Shown: piece after piece, positions 53,460 to 62,745 of the stretch | Numbering within the stretch: position 1 is the first letter of the stretch | Layout: each line of letters begins with the position of its first letter | From: an uncultured Atopobiaceae bacterium | GTDB lineage: Bacteria; Actinomycetota; Coriobacteriia; Coriobacteriales; Atopobiaceae | NCBI GenBank assembly: GCA_947599965.1 | Contig: CANQFP010000002.1 | Coordinates: forward strand, 3,958 to 67,957 | Direction: 5' to 3' | DNA length: 64,000 nucleotides | The notes under the pieces: generated by a model | What the model was told of the DNA's origin: nothing | The model's database searches: none | Seen by the model: the letters and a program-made list of their open reading frames with translations, nothing else | Made by a program: the position numbers and the translations under genes

Positions 53460-54107
53460 ATGGAGCAGGGAAGCCACGCGGGGATGCACGCGAGCGACGG
53501 GGCGTCCGCGGTGCATCCGGCGCTCACCTCGGGCAACTTCACGTTCGTCTACACGCCCATCCCCGGGCTCGTCATCGTCGATCGCCGCATCTTCGAGGAC
53601 GACCGCGGCAGCTTCCAGGAGACCTACAAGCGCCCCGATTTCGAGTCGGGCGGCATCGACTGCGATTTCGTCCAGCTGAACCAATCCACCTCGGTGCGCG
53701 GCGTGCTCCGCGGCCTCCACTTCCAGATCGACCATCCCCAGGCCAAGCTCGTGCGGGTCGTGGAGGGCGAGGTCTTCGACGTGGCGGTGGACCTGCGCCC
53801 CGAGAGCCCCACCTTCGGCCGGTGGGAGGGCGTGACGCTCTCCGCCGAGAACGGGCGGCAGTTCTTCGTGCCGCGCGGCATGGCCCACGGCTTCCTCGTG
53901 CTCTCGCCGACGGCGACCTTCGTCTACCAGTGCGACGACGTCTACCATCCGGGCGACGAGGGCGGCATCGCCTGGGACGACCCCGATCTCGCCATCACCT
54001 GGCCCGAGCTCGAGGCCATCGAGGCCGAGGGCGGCCCGATCCTCTCGGAGAAGGACCGGCACCACCTGAGCCTTCGAGCGTGGAAATCGGCGCGTGGGCT
54101 CGCCTGA
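53460..54107 (+). CDS. rmlC: dTDP-4-dehydrorhamnose 3,5-epimerase
   Basis: It contains FEDDRGSFQETY, VRGVLRGLHFQ, KLVRVVEGEVFDVAVDLR and FVPRGMAHGF. ATG 53460 lies 8 nt after GGGAGGAG. ATG 53418 and 53484 are alternatives. Confidence 0.9.
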   Translation: MEQGSHAGMHASDGASAVHPALTSGNFTFVYTPIPGLVIVDRRIFEDDRGSFQETYKRPDFESGGIDCDFVQLNQSTSVRGVLRGLHFQIDHPQAKLVRVVEGEVFDVAVDLRPESPTFGRWEGVTLSAENGRQFFVPRGMAHGFLVLSPTATFVYQCDDVYHPGDEGGIAWDDPDLAITWPELEAIEAEGGPILSEKDRHHLSLRAWKSARGLA

Positions 54108-54161
54108 GCGCGCCGACCATCGACAACCGTCAATGAGTGAGCGAACCCTGAGGAGGCAGCG

Positions 54162-56762
54162 ATGATCTGCGAACGCGTGCTCGAGGGCTTTCTGGACGAG
54201 TACGACTTCGCCGTCGTCCGCGTGCGCGACGTGACGTGCGAGCCCCGCGTGGAGGCCTGTGTCTGGGGCAATCCGATCCCCGTCGTCGTGGTGAGGGAGG
54301 GCGTCGCCGCGCTCCTCGCCGAGCACGACGTCGTCGTGTCGTCGGAGGGCGAGCTCCTCTGGCTCATCGCCACCCCCGCCTTCGCCGTCGTCGCCGACGT
54401 CGTCCTCATCGACGAGGACGAGAACGAGTGGTGGACGCAGATGGGGGAGCGTCGCGTCGGAAGGCTCGACACGCCGCCGCTCGACGCCGATCTCCTCCTC
54501 GCGTTCCACGACGTCACGGCGCGGACGCTGGGGGAGGACGAGAGCCGCGTCTGGGATAGCGGCGTCTATCCGGCGGGGGATTCCATCGTCGTGCGCTATC
54601 GCGTGGTGCTCGCCGCGGGAAGCGCGAGCGAGGCCGCGCGCCTCGAGCGCGAGCGGCTCACCATCGCCATGCTCGACCCGTATGGGCGCCGCGGCCATCG
54701 CGAGGTGGCGATCCTCGAGGATTCGATGGTCGAGATCGAGGGCGACCGCCTCGCCCGCGAGCTCACCGTGGCCGCCATCGTGCCCGCCGATGCGGGCACG
54801 GGATGCCTCTGGGTGTGGAGCCGCGTGCTCGGCCGGGGCGTCTTCCGCGGCATGGCCGACTGGATGCTTCGCCCGAGGCTCTCGTGGTTCGCCATGGTGA
54901 GCGCCTCGCCCGAGACGGACCCCGGCTACGACGCCTGGGCGAGGGAACGGGGCTTCGCCGAGGCGCTCTCGCAGGAGCGCGAGATCGAGGCCCTCGTGGG
55001 AACGGCCGAGGAGGGCGACGCCGAGGCGGCCCGCGAGCTCGCCGACGGCTCGGATCTCGAGGGCGCTCTCGTGAGCGCCGAGGCCGATGCGGCCGATCCC
55101 GAGCTCGCCGCCGGCGCCGCGGAGGACGCCGAGCTCGCCCTGCCGCACCTCACGGTCGTCATCGCGGAGGATCCCGAAGCCGAGCTCGGCCACGGCCCCA
55201 CGCGCCTTGCCGACATCGAGGCGGCGCCCGGCCCCTTAAGCTTCCTCAAGCCGGCACCCGTGAACACCGCGCTCATCCGCACCATCAGCTCCCTTTCCGA
55301 GCAGAGCTTCCAGGATTTCGACGTCGTCTGGGCCCCGGCCGAGCGCCCGCTCGGCGCAGCCGGGCTCGAGAACGGCACGTGGCGCGTCATCGTCGGGTGC
55401 GGCGACGTCTTGGAGCCGGGCGCGCTCGAGCGCATCGCCTGCGCCGCCGCGACGGGGGGCACCCGGCTCGTCTACGGCGATGAGGACGTGTGCTCGCTCG
55501 AGAGCGGCTCCCCCGTGCTCTGCGGCGCGCGGCTGAAGCCGCGTTTCTCGGTGGAGGAGCTCTACTGGGGAAACGGCCTCGGGCTTCCCCTCGCCATCTC
55601 GCCCGAGGTTGCCGCCTCCGATGCCCGAAGCGCCTACGAGCTCGCGCTCGCCGCGCTCGAGCAGGGCGGCGTCGAGGGCGTCACCCAGCTCGAGGGCGTG
55701 CTCTCCCACGCGCCGCGCCGCCGACCCTTCGCCCAGGCCGCCTCGGTGGACGCGCTCGCGCGCCATCTCGAGCGTCGCGGAATCGCGGCCGACGTGGCCT
55801 ACGTGGAGACGAACATCGACGACGATCCCGAGCGTGAGCCGGGCGGCTTCCTGCGCGTGCGCTACGACCGCCCGGAGCCCTGCCCGCTCGTCTCCATCAT
55901 CATCCCGAACCGAAACCACGCCGACTACCTGCGCCCCTGCGTGGAATCGATCCTCGAGGAGACCGTGTGGCCCGCCTTCGAGGTGGTCATCGTGGAGAAC
56001 GGCTCCACCGATGCGGACATCCTCGCCCTCTACGCCGAACTCCAGGAGGCCGACCCGCGCGTGCGCGTCGTGAGCTGGACCGGCCGGGAGTTCAACTACT
56101 CGGCCGTCGTCAATCGCGGCGCGTCGAAGGCCCGTGGCACCTACCTCTGCCTCCTCAACAACGACACGAAGGTGCTCGACGGCGAGTGGCTGGACGAGCT
56201 CGTGGGGCCGCTCCTTCGCGAGGAGGTGGGCGTGACCGGCGCGCTCCTCACCTTCTCCGACGGCCTCGTGCAGCACGCCGGCATGGTGGCCGTGCCCTCG
56301 GGCGGCTTCGGCCACATGCAGCAGAACCTCTGGCCGGGCGCCGTGGGCTCCTCGCCTGCGGAGGGTGACGACGGCTACCTCATGACCCTCAAGCGCCCGG
56401 TTGCCTATCCCATGGTCACGGGAGCCTGCCAGGTGATGTCGAAGGCGCTCTTCGACGAGCTCGGAGGCTATGACGAGACGCTCGCGGTGGGCTTCAACGA
56501 CGGCGATTTCTGCCTGCGCGCCCGCGCGCTCGGCAAGGAGACCCTCTTCGTGCCCTACGCGCGGCTTTGGCACCGGGAGTTCGGCACGCGCCAGCGCGAG
56601 AGCGATAGCGCCGCCGAGCGGGAGCGCTCCGCGCGCGAGCTCGCGATCATGGGGAAGCGCTACCCCGGGCTCTTCGAGCGCGATCCCTTCTTGAACGGCG
56701 CCCTCGACCCCGACAACCGCTACTTCCGGCTCGATCGCCCCTACGAGGAGATGGAGCTCTAG
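54162..56762 (+). CDS. Giant glycosyltransferase P4: divergent N-terminal region, a degenerate GT2-like module and an intact GT2 module
   Basis: ATG 54162 follows GAGGAGG. Module 2 is LVSIIIPNRNHADYL...VVIVENGSTDAD...GTYLCLLNNDTKV...GFNDGDFCLR. This is the same family as module 2 of P2. Confidence 0.85.
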   Translation: MICERVLEGFLDEYDFAVVRVRDVTCEPRVEACVWGNPIPVVVVREGVAALLAEHDVVVSSEGELLWLIATPAFAVVADVVLIDEDENEWWTQMGERRVGRLDTPPLDADLLLAFHDVTARTLGEDESRVWDSGVYPAGDSIVVRYRVVLAAGSASEAARLERERLTIAMLDPYGRRGHREVAILEDSMVEIEGDRLARELTVAAIVPADAGTGCLWVWSRVLGRGVFRGMADWMLRPRLSWFAMVSASPETDPGYDAWARERGFAEALSQEREIEALVGTAEEGDAEAARELADGSDLEGALVSAEADAADPELAAGAAEDAELALPHLTVVIAEDPEAELGHGPTRLADIEAAPGPLSFLKPAPVNTALIRTISSLSEQSFQDFDVVWAPAERPLGAAGLENGTWRVIVGCGDVLEPGALERIACAAATGGTRLVYGDEDVCSLESGSPVLCGARLKPRFSVEELYWGNGLGLPLAISPEVAASDARSAYELALAALEQGGVEGVTQLEGVLSHAPRRRPFAQAASVDALARHLERRGIAADVAYVETNIDDDPEREPGGFLRVRYDRPEPCPLVSIIIPNRNHADYLRPCVESILEETVWPAFEVVIVENGSTDADILALYAELQEADPRVRVVSWTGREFNYSAVVNRGASKARGTYLCLLNNDTKVLDGEWLDELVGPLLREEVGVTGALLTFSDGLVQHAGMVAVPSGGFGHMQQNLWPGAVGSSPAEGDDGYLMTLKRPVAYPMVTGACQVMSKALFDELGGYDETLAVGFNDGDFCLRARALGKETLFVPYARLWHREFGTRQRESDSAAERERSARELAIMGKRYPGLFERDPFLNGALDPDNRYFRLDRPYEEMEL

Positions 56763-58078
56763 ACCTCGCCTCGGCTCCCGCCGTCCGCGGCGCAGGCGGC
56801 GAGGGCGGCCTGCCACACGGCCTGGTAGGAGAGCGAGCGCTTGGCCGAGAGCTCGGCCACGGCGTCCGCCTCGGGCATGGTGCGGGTCGTCTCGTCGGGA
56901 AGCGTCACGCGCTTGGCCGCGACCTCCGCGCGCGATCCGTCGGGAAGCGTCACCTCGAGGCTCACGGCCTCGCGCGGGAGCACGGTGCGTTCCATGGGGC
57001 AGCGGCGGATGCCGATGGTGGTGGTGTCGCGGAAGATGACGAGCTCGAGGGCCTCGCGATCGGCCGGCATGCAGATCACCTGGAGCTGCCAGGAGGGGCG
57101 CCCCTTCTTCGTTCCGAGCGGGATCCAATGGGCCTCGCGCGCGCCCGCGGCGAGGAGTCGGTCTATGACGGCGCCCATGGCCTCGCCGGTCATGTCGTCC
57201 ACGTCGCATTCGAGCTTGAGGATCCGTCCCTCGTCCGCGGCGTCGATCTCGCCGATGCTCGCTCGCACGTAGTTCGCCCAGGGGTAGGCGCGCTTGCCCG
57301 CCCCGTAGCCGCTCGCGATGAGGCGAAGGCCGCTCGGCATCTCGAAGCGCGGCTCGAGCGCCGCGAGCAGCGCCGCGCCCGTGGGGGTCACGAGCTCGCC
57401 CTCGCGCTCGGAGATGGCGAGCGGCAGGCCGTGCGAGGCGGCGATGGCGGCGACGGCGGGCACGGGCACGGGCAGGACGCCGTGGGCCGTGCGCACCGAC
57501 CCCGTGCCCTCGGTGAGGTTCGTGAGGTAGACGGCGCCGGGCGCGAGGGCGTCGACGAGCACGGAGGCCGCGACCACGTCGACGATGGAATCGATGGCTC
57601 CCACCTCGTGGAAGCGCACCGTCTCGCGGGTGGCGCCGTGGGCCTTCGCCTCGGCGTCGGCGAGGATCTCGAAGGTGCGCTCGGCGAGCGCGCGTGCGCC
57701 CGCGGTGAGCCCCGCCCCCTCGAGGATCTCGAGGACCTCGGCGAGGGTGCGATGGGCGTGGTGGCCGTGGACATGCTCGTGGTCGTGGTGGTCGTGCTCG
57801 TGCGCGCCCGCGGCTTCGGCCGCCTCCTCCTCGGTTCCGTAGAGGTAGGCCATGTCGTGGTCGTGGGTTTCGATGCCGGGCTCGAGCACCACGTCGAAAT
57901 CGGTGCAGCGCACGCTCGCCTGCTCGACGTGGCTCACGCAGATGGAGAAGCCCTCGACGGGAAGGCTTGCGAGCGCCCGCTCCATGGCCATGCGATCGCC
58001 GCCCGCGTCGAGGAGCGCGCCCACGAGCATGTCGCCGGCCACGCCGGCCGAGCAATCGAGCCAGAGAACCTTGTTCAT
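56759..58078 (-). CDS. larC: Nickel-pincer cofactor biosynthesis protein LarC (nickel insertase, DUF111)
   Basis: It contains LWLDCSAGVAGDMLVGALLDAGGD and a His-rich stretch, HEHDHHDHEHVHGHHAH. It is a single uninterrupted 439-aa ORF. Confidence 0.88.
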   Translation of the reverse strand: MNKVLWLDCSAGVAGDMLVGALLDAGGDRMAMERALASLPVEGFSICVSHVEQASVRCTDFDVVLEPGIETHDHDMAYLYGTEEEAAEAAGAHEHDHHDHEHVHGHHAHRTLAEVLEILEGAGLTAGARALAERTFEILADAEAKAHGATRETVRFHEVGAIDSIVDVVAASVLVDALAPGAVYLTNLTEGTGSVRTAHGVLPVPVPAVAAIAASHGLPLAISEREGELVTPTGAALLAALEPRFEMPSGLRLIASGYGAGKRAYPWANYVRASIGEIDAADEGRILKLECDVDDMTGEAMGAVIDRLLAAGAREAHWIPLGTKKGRPSWQLQVICMPADREALELVIFRDTTTIGIRRCPMERTVLPREAVSLEVTLPDGSRAEVAAKRVTLPDETTRTMPEADAVAELSAKRSLSYQAVWQAALAACAADGGSRGEV

Positions 58079-58079
58079 C

Positions 58080-58820
58080 TCAGTGCCTCGCCTTTCCCGG
58101 GAGGTGGTTGATGGCGGAGGCCTGGTAGCCGGCCCCGAAGCCGTTGTCGATGCCGACGACCGAGACCCCGCTCGCGCAGGAGCTCATCATCGCGAGGAGC
58201 GCCGTGATGCCCTCGAAGGCGGAGCCGTAGCCCACGCTCGTGGGCACCGCGATGACGGGGGCGCCGATGAGCCCCGCGACGACGCTCGCGAGCGCCCCCT
58301 CCATGCCGGCGACCACGATGGCCACCTGGCAGGAGGCGAGGCGATCCTCGTGGGCGAGGAGGCGGTGGATCCCCGCGACGCCCACGTCGTAGAGGCGCGC
58401 CACCTCATTGCCGAGGAACTCCGCCGTGAGCGCCGCCTCCTCGGCGACGCCCTCATCCGAGGTGCCGGCGGAGACGACGCAGACGACGCCGTTTCCGTTC
58501 GGCTCCGCGGGCGGCTCGCCCACGATGGCGAGCCCGGCGCGCTCGTGGTAGGCGAAGGGCATGGGCGCGCCCCCGGCGCCGTCCTCGAGGAGCGCGGAAG
58601 CGGCCTCGGCCTTCTCGGGGTCGAGACGCGTGACGAGCACGCGCGGCTGGCCGCTTTCGAGGAGCGTCCGGCAGATCTCGGCGATCTCAGATGCCGTCTT
58701 GCCGGCGCCGAAGACGACCTCGCCCGCGCCCGTGCGTCGCGCGCGATCGGTGTCCACCGTCGCGAAGCCGAGCTCGACGAAGCCCGCGTCTTCCGGCTCG
58801 TGACGTTCCGCTCGCTCCAT
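58080..58820 (-). CDS. larB: Nickel-pincer cofactor biosynthesis protein LarB (NaAD carboxylase/hydrolase, PurE-like)
   Basis: It contains VVCVVSAGTSDEGVAEEA, VGVAGIHRLL and IVVAGMEGALASVVAGLIGAPVIAVPTSVGYG. Its stop lies 1 nt before the larC start. Confidence 0.88.
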   Translation of the reverse strand: MERAERHEPEDAGFVELGFATVDTDRARRTGAGEVVFGAGKTASEIAEICRTLLESGQPRVLVTRLDPEKAEAASALLEDGAGGAPMPFAYHERAGLAIVGEPPAEPNGNGVVCVVSAGTSDEGVAEEAALTAEFLGNEVARLYDVGVAGIHRLLAHEDRLASCQVAIVVAGMEGALASVVAGLIGAPVIAVPTSVGYGSAFEGITALLAMMSSCASGVSVVGIDNGFGAGYQASAINHLPGKARH

Positions 58821-58944
58821 GGCGCACCTTCCTCGAATTCTTCAGGCTCTCCACTATCGCAGAGCTCACACGGAATTGTCGTGACGTTCGGCGACTAGAA
58901 TGATCGCGAGACCATGCAAGGCACATCGACGCGAGGACGGGTCA

Positions 58945-60660
58945 ATGGATCGCCCCAGCTATTTCATCACGACGCCCATCTACTACGTGAACGCCGCGCC
59001 CCACCTCGGCACGGCCTACTCCACCGTCATGGCCGACGTGCAGGCGCGCTTCCGCCGCCTCACCGGCCACGACGTCCTCTTCCTCACCGGCCTCGACGAG
59101 CACGGCGAGAAGGTGGCGCAGGCGGCCGCCGAGCACGGCATGACGCCGCAGGAGTGGTGCGATTCGCTCGTGGGGGCGTTCCGCGATCTCTGGGGCTATC
59201 TGAACATCACGAACGACGACTTCATCCGCACCACCGAGGATCGCCAGACCAAGAGCGTCCAGCACCTCTGGGACGTCCTCAAGGCGAACGGCTCGATCTA
59301 CAAGGGCACCTACGACGGCTGGTACTGCCAGCCCGAGGAGACGTACTTCACCGACACGCAGGTGCGCCATGCGAACGAGATGAAGTCCACGAGCGTGGAC
59401 AAGCACCATCAGGCCATCGTCGAGGAGGCCAAGAAGGCCCCCGCCGACGCGCCGCTCTGCCCCGATTGCGGCCGTCCGCTCAAGCGCGTGCAGGAGGAGA
59501 GCTGGTTCTTCAAGCTCTCCGAGTTCCAGGAGCCGCTGCTCAAGCTCTATCGCGAGCATCCGCACTTCGTGGAGCCGGAGATCCGCCGCAACGAGGTGAT
59601 GAGCTTCGTCGAGGGCGGCCTGAAGGATCTCTCGATCTCCCGCACGAGCTTCGACTGGGGCATCCCGCTGCCCTTCGACGAGAAGCACGTGACGTACGTG
59701 TGGTTCGACGCCCTCATCAACTACATCACGGCCGTCGGCTACGGGCAGGGCACGCCCGAGGCCGAGGCCGAGTTCCAGCGCCGCTGGCCCGCGCAGGTGC
59801 ACATCGTGGGGAAGGACATCATCCGCTTCCACTGCGTCATCTGGCCGGCCATGCTCATGGCCGCCGGCCTCGAGGTGCCGGAGGAGGTCTTCGCTCACGG
59901 CTTCCTCATGGTGAAGGACGACGCCGGCGGCGACGTGAAGATGTCGAAGAGCCTCGGCAACGCCATCTCGCCCGAGAGCGTCTGCGATCTCCTCGGCGTG
60001 GACGGCTACCGCTACTACTTCATGACCGACGTGCGCCCCGGCACCGACGGCTCCATCAGCTGGGGTCGCATGGAGCAGGTCTACGACGCCGAGCTCGCGA
60101 ACTCCTGGGGAAACCTCGTGAGTCGCGCCGTCTCCATGAGCGCGAAGTACTTCGACGGCACGACGCCTCCCGTCGAGGCCGGCTGGGCCGAGGGGGAAAG
60201 CGAGCTCAAGGCCATCGTCGAGGGTCGCGCGGGTGCGGGCGCCGAGCATAGGCGCGAGGACGGCTCGCCGATGGGCCTCGTCGAGCGCTACGGGCTCCTC
60301 ATGGGCGACTTCGCCTACGACGAGGCGGCCACCGCGGTGATGGAGCTCGTGCACGCCGCCAACGGCTACATCGAGGCGAGTGAGCCGTGGGCGCTCGCGA
60401 AGGATCCCGCGCGCACCGGCGAGCTCGCGAACGTCATCGCCACCGTGCTCGAGGCCATTCGCATCTCCGCGCACCTGCTCGAACCCTTCATGCCCACCAC
60501 CTCGGCCGAGGTGCTGCGTCGCCTGGCCGCCGAGGACGAACTCGGCACGAGCGACCTCGCGGGCGTCTGCGCGTGGGGTGGTCTCAAGGCGAGCGCTCCC
60601 GTGGTGAAGGGGGCCGCGCTCTTCCCGCGTCTCGCGCAGGCCAAGGGCGAGGGGCGCTAG
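58945..60660 (+). CDS. metG: Methionine--tRNA ligase
   Basis: It contains PIYYVNAAPHLGTAYS (HIGH-type motif), a CPDCG zinc knuckle and KMSKSLGN. ATG 58945 follows GAGGA. Confidence 0.95.
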   Translation: MDRPSYFITTPIYYVNAAPHLGTAYSTVMADVQARFRRLTGHDVLFLTGLDEHGEKVAQAAAEHGMTPQEWCDSLVGAFRDLWGYLNITNDDFIRTTEDRQTKSVQHLWDVLKANGSIYKGTYDGWYCQPEETYFTDTQVRHANEMKSTSVDKHHQAIVEEAKKAPADAPLCPDCGRPLKRVQEESWFFKLSEFQEPLLKLYREHPHFVEPEIRRNEVMSFVEGGLKDLSISRTSFDWGIPLPFDEKHVTYVWFDALINYITAVGYGQGTPEAEAEFQRRWPAQVHIVGKDIIRFHCVIWPAMLMAAGLEVPEEVFAHGFLMVKDDAGGDVKMSKSLGNAISPESVCDLLGVDGYRYYFMTDVRPGTDGSISWGRMEQVYDAELANSWGNLVSRAVSMSAKYFDGTTPPVEAGWAEGESELKAIVEGRAGAGAEHRREDGSPMGLVERYGLLMGDFAYDEAATAVMELVHAANGYIEASEPWALAKDPARTGELANVIATVLEAIRISAHLLEPFMPTTSAEVLRRLAAEDELGTSDLAGVCAWGGLKASAPVVKGAALFPRLAQAKGEGR

Positions 60661-60665
60661 GGCCC

Positions 60666-61619
60666 GTGGCCGAGGGGCCCGAAGAGAGGCTCAACCTCAC
60701 CTCGCCCGCCACGGTGCGGGCGCTGCTCGAGGCCTACGGCGTGAATCCGCGCAAGAGCCGCGGGCAGAACTTCCTCGTCTGCGAGGGCGTGCTCAAGAAG
60801 ATCGTGGAGCGCTCGGGCGTGGGGGCAGGCGACGTCGTCCTCGAGGTGGGCCCCGGCTTGGGCGTGCTCACGCGCGAGCTGGTGGAGCGGGCTCGCGCGG
60901 TCGTCGCCGTGGAGCTCGAGCCCGCGTTCGCGGAGATCTGCCGGGCGAGCTCGGGGGAGGCGGCCTCGGGAAAGCTGGCCGTCGTCCTCGGCGACGCGCT
61001 CGAAATCGAGCCCTCGATGCTCGCGGGTGCCCTCGACGAGCTGGGGTTGGGCGCGCACGGCGCGGATCCCCGAGGCCCGGGGCTGCTCGTGGCCAACCTG
61101 CCCTATTCCGTGGCAGCCACCGTGATCCTTCGCTCCTTCGAGCTCCTCGACACGCTCGAGCGCGCCTGCGTGATGGTCCAAAGCGAGGTGGCGGATCGCA
61201 TCGCGGCGCGCCCCTCCACCAAAGACTACGGCGCCTACACGGTGAAGCTCGCCCTGCTCGCGCGCGTGGTCGGGCGCTTCGAGGTGGCGAGCACCTGCTT
61301 CTGGCCGGAACCCCGCGTGAGCTCCGCGGTCATCTCCCTCGCGCGGGTCGAGCGCGCCGACCGGAAGACCCTCGCGCGCGCCTCGGCTCTGGCCGATGCC
61401 GCCTTCGCCATGCGGCGCAAGACCCTGGCCAACAACCTCCGCGCCGCCGGGATTGCCCGAGAAGCGGTGGCGGGTGCCATCGCGAGGCTCGGCCTCGACG
61501 AGCGCACGCGGGCGGAGGCCCTCGCCCCCGAGGAGTTCCTCGAGCTCCTCGGCGCCCTCGACGCCGAGGCGGGCGGCGCGTGCGAGCTCGGCCCCCGCTC
61601 GGGAAAGGAGATCTCGTGA
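60666..61619 (+). CDS. rsmA: 16S rRNA (adenine1518-N6/adenine1519-N6)-dimethyltransferase
   Basis: It contains RGQNFLV, VLEVGPGLGVLT and ANLPYSVA. A GTG start at 60666 was chosen because the longer ORF from 60387 overlaps metG. Confidence 0.85.
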   Translation: MAEGPEERLNLTSPATVRALLEAYGVNPRKSRGQNFLVCEGVLKKIVERSGVGAGDVVLEVGPGLGVLTRELVERARAVVAVELEPAFAEICRASSGEAASGKLAVVLGDALEIEPSMLAGALDELGLGAHGADPRGPGLLVANLPYSVAATVILRSFELLDTLERACVMVQSEVADRIAARPSTKDYGAYTVKLALLARVVGRFEVASTCFWPEPRVSSAVISLARVERADRKTLARASALADAAFAMRRKTLANNLRAAGIAREAVAGAIARLGLDERTRAEALAPEEFLELLGALDAEAGGACELGPRSGKEIS

Positions 61620-62608
61620 AGCCCTGGATCGAGGAGGCCCTCGAGGCCCGCACCCTCTTCTTCGACGCCAAGCATCGTCCGGTTGCGCTGCCCGCGCCGC
61701 TCGCTCCGGTGGTGGACACCCACGGCCACCTCTCCATGCTCGCGCACGAGGGCGCGAGCTGGGCGGAGATGCGCGAGGCGGCCGCCATCGCGCTCGCGCG
61801 CGCCTGGCTCGCGGGCGTCGTCTGGACGGTCTGCATCGTGGACGCGAGCGACGACGGGCGCGACCCGGGGGCCTTCCTCGAGTGGCTTTCCGAGACCGAA
61901 GCGGAGGCGCACGCCGAGATCGAGGCCGCGCTCGCCGCCGGTCTGCGCCCGGCGTTTCCCGACGAGGCGCTCCGCGTCTCGCTCTCCGCGGGAGTCCACC
62001 CGTATCACGCTTCGGGGATCGAAGACGCCCTCCCCGCGCTTCGCGAGCTCCTCTCGAGCCCGCGGTGCGTGGCGCTCGGCGAGTGCGGGCTCGACTACCA
62101 CGCGGACGTAGACCGCGAGGTCCAGCGCGAGGCCTTCGAGCTGCAGCTCGCGCTCGCCCGCGAGCTCGGCCTCCCGCTCGAGCTCCACGTGCGCGACGCC
62201 GTGGGAGACGCGAGCTACGAGGCGCACGCGGAGGCCCTCGAGATCGTGCGCTCGGCGGACGTGGCCGCACAGGGAATAGATCTCCACTGCTACACGCTCG
62301 GCCCCGAGCCCCTGGAGGGCTGGATCGAGCTCGGCTGCAAGGTCGCCTTCGGCGGAGCGCTCACCTTCAAGCGCTCCGAGGCGATACGCGATGCGGCCGC
62401 GGCGTGCCCGGCGGAGGCGCTCCTCACGGAGACCGATTGCCCCTACATGGCCCCCGAGCCCCTGCGCGGGCGTCCCTCGGAGCCGGCGCTCACCCTGGCG
62501 ACGGCGAATCTTCTGGCGGATGTGCGCGCGGAGGTTCTCGGCGAGGCGAGGCGAGATGCGTTCGGCTCCGCATGGGCGAACGCCCGCGCGCTCTTCGATC
62601 GCGCCTAG
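61616..62608 (+). CDS. tatD: TatD-family metal-dependent hydrolase
   Basis: It contains VVDTHGHL, GECGLDYH and ETDCPYMAP. GTG 61616 overlaps the rsmA stop (GTGA) and follows GGGAAAGGAG. Confidence 0.85.
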   Translation: MKPWIEEALEARTLFFDAKHRPVALPAPLAPVVDTHGHLSMLAHEGASWAEMREAAAIALARAWLAGVVWTVCIVDASDDGRDPGAFLEWLSETEAEAHAEIEAALAAGLRPAFPDEALRVSLSAGVHPYHASGIEDALPALRELLSSPRCVALGECGLDYHADVDREVQREAFELQLALARELGLPLELHVRDAVGDASYEAHAEALEIVRSADVAAQGIDLHCYTLGPEPLEGWIELGCKVAFGGALTFKRSEAIRDAAAACPAEALLTETDCPYMAPEPLRGRPSEPALTLATANLLADVRAEVLGEARRDAFGSAWANARALFDRA

Positions 62609-62745
62609 GGCGAGCCTCTCACATCCACTTTCTTCAATGCGTTTTGCCAGCTTGTTTGCGAACCCCCGGATAGACGCACCGCTCCCGTGCACGGGGTGCC
62701 GAAGATCGCTAGGGTAGGGGCCCCTCCTCACGTCGAAGGGCCTCC

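Noticed and set aside
53325-55193. Upstream 620 aa of the 852-aa minus-strand ORF 52635..55193.
   Set aside because: It is antisense to rmlC and to the P4 glycosyltransferase. Only the C-terminal roughly 229 aa carry GT2 motifs, starting at AVVPAYNEE.
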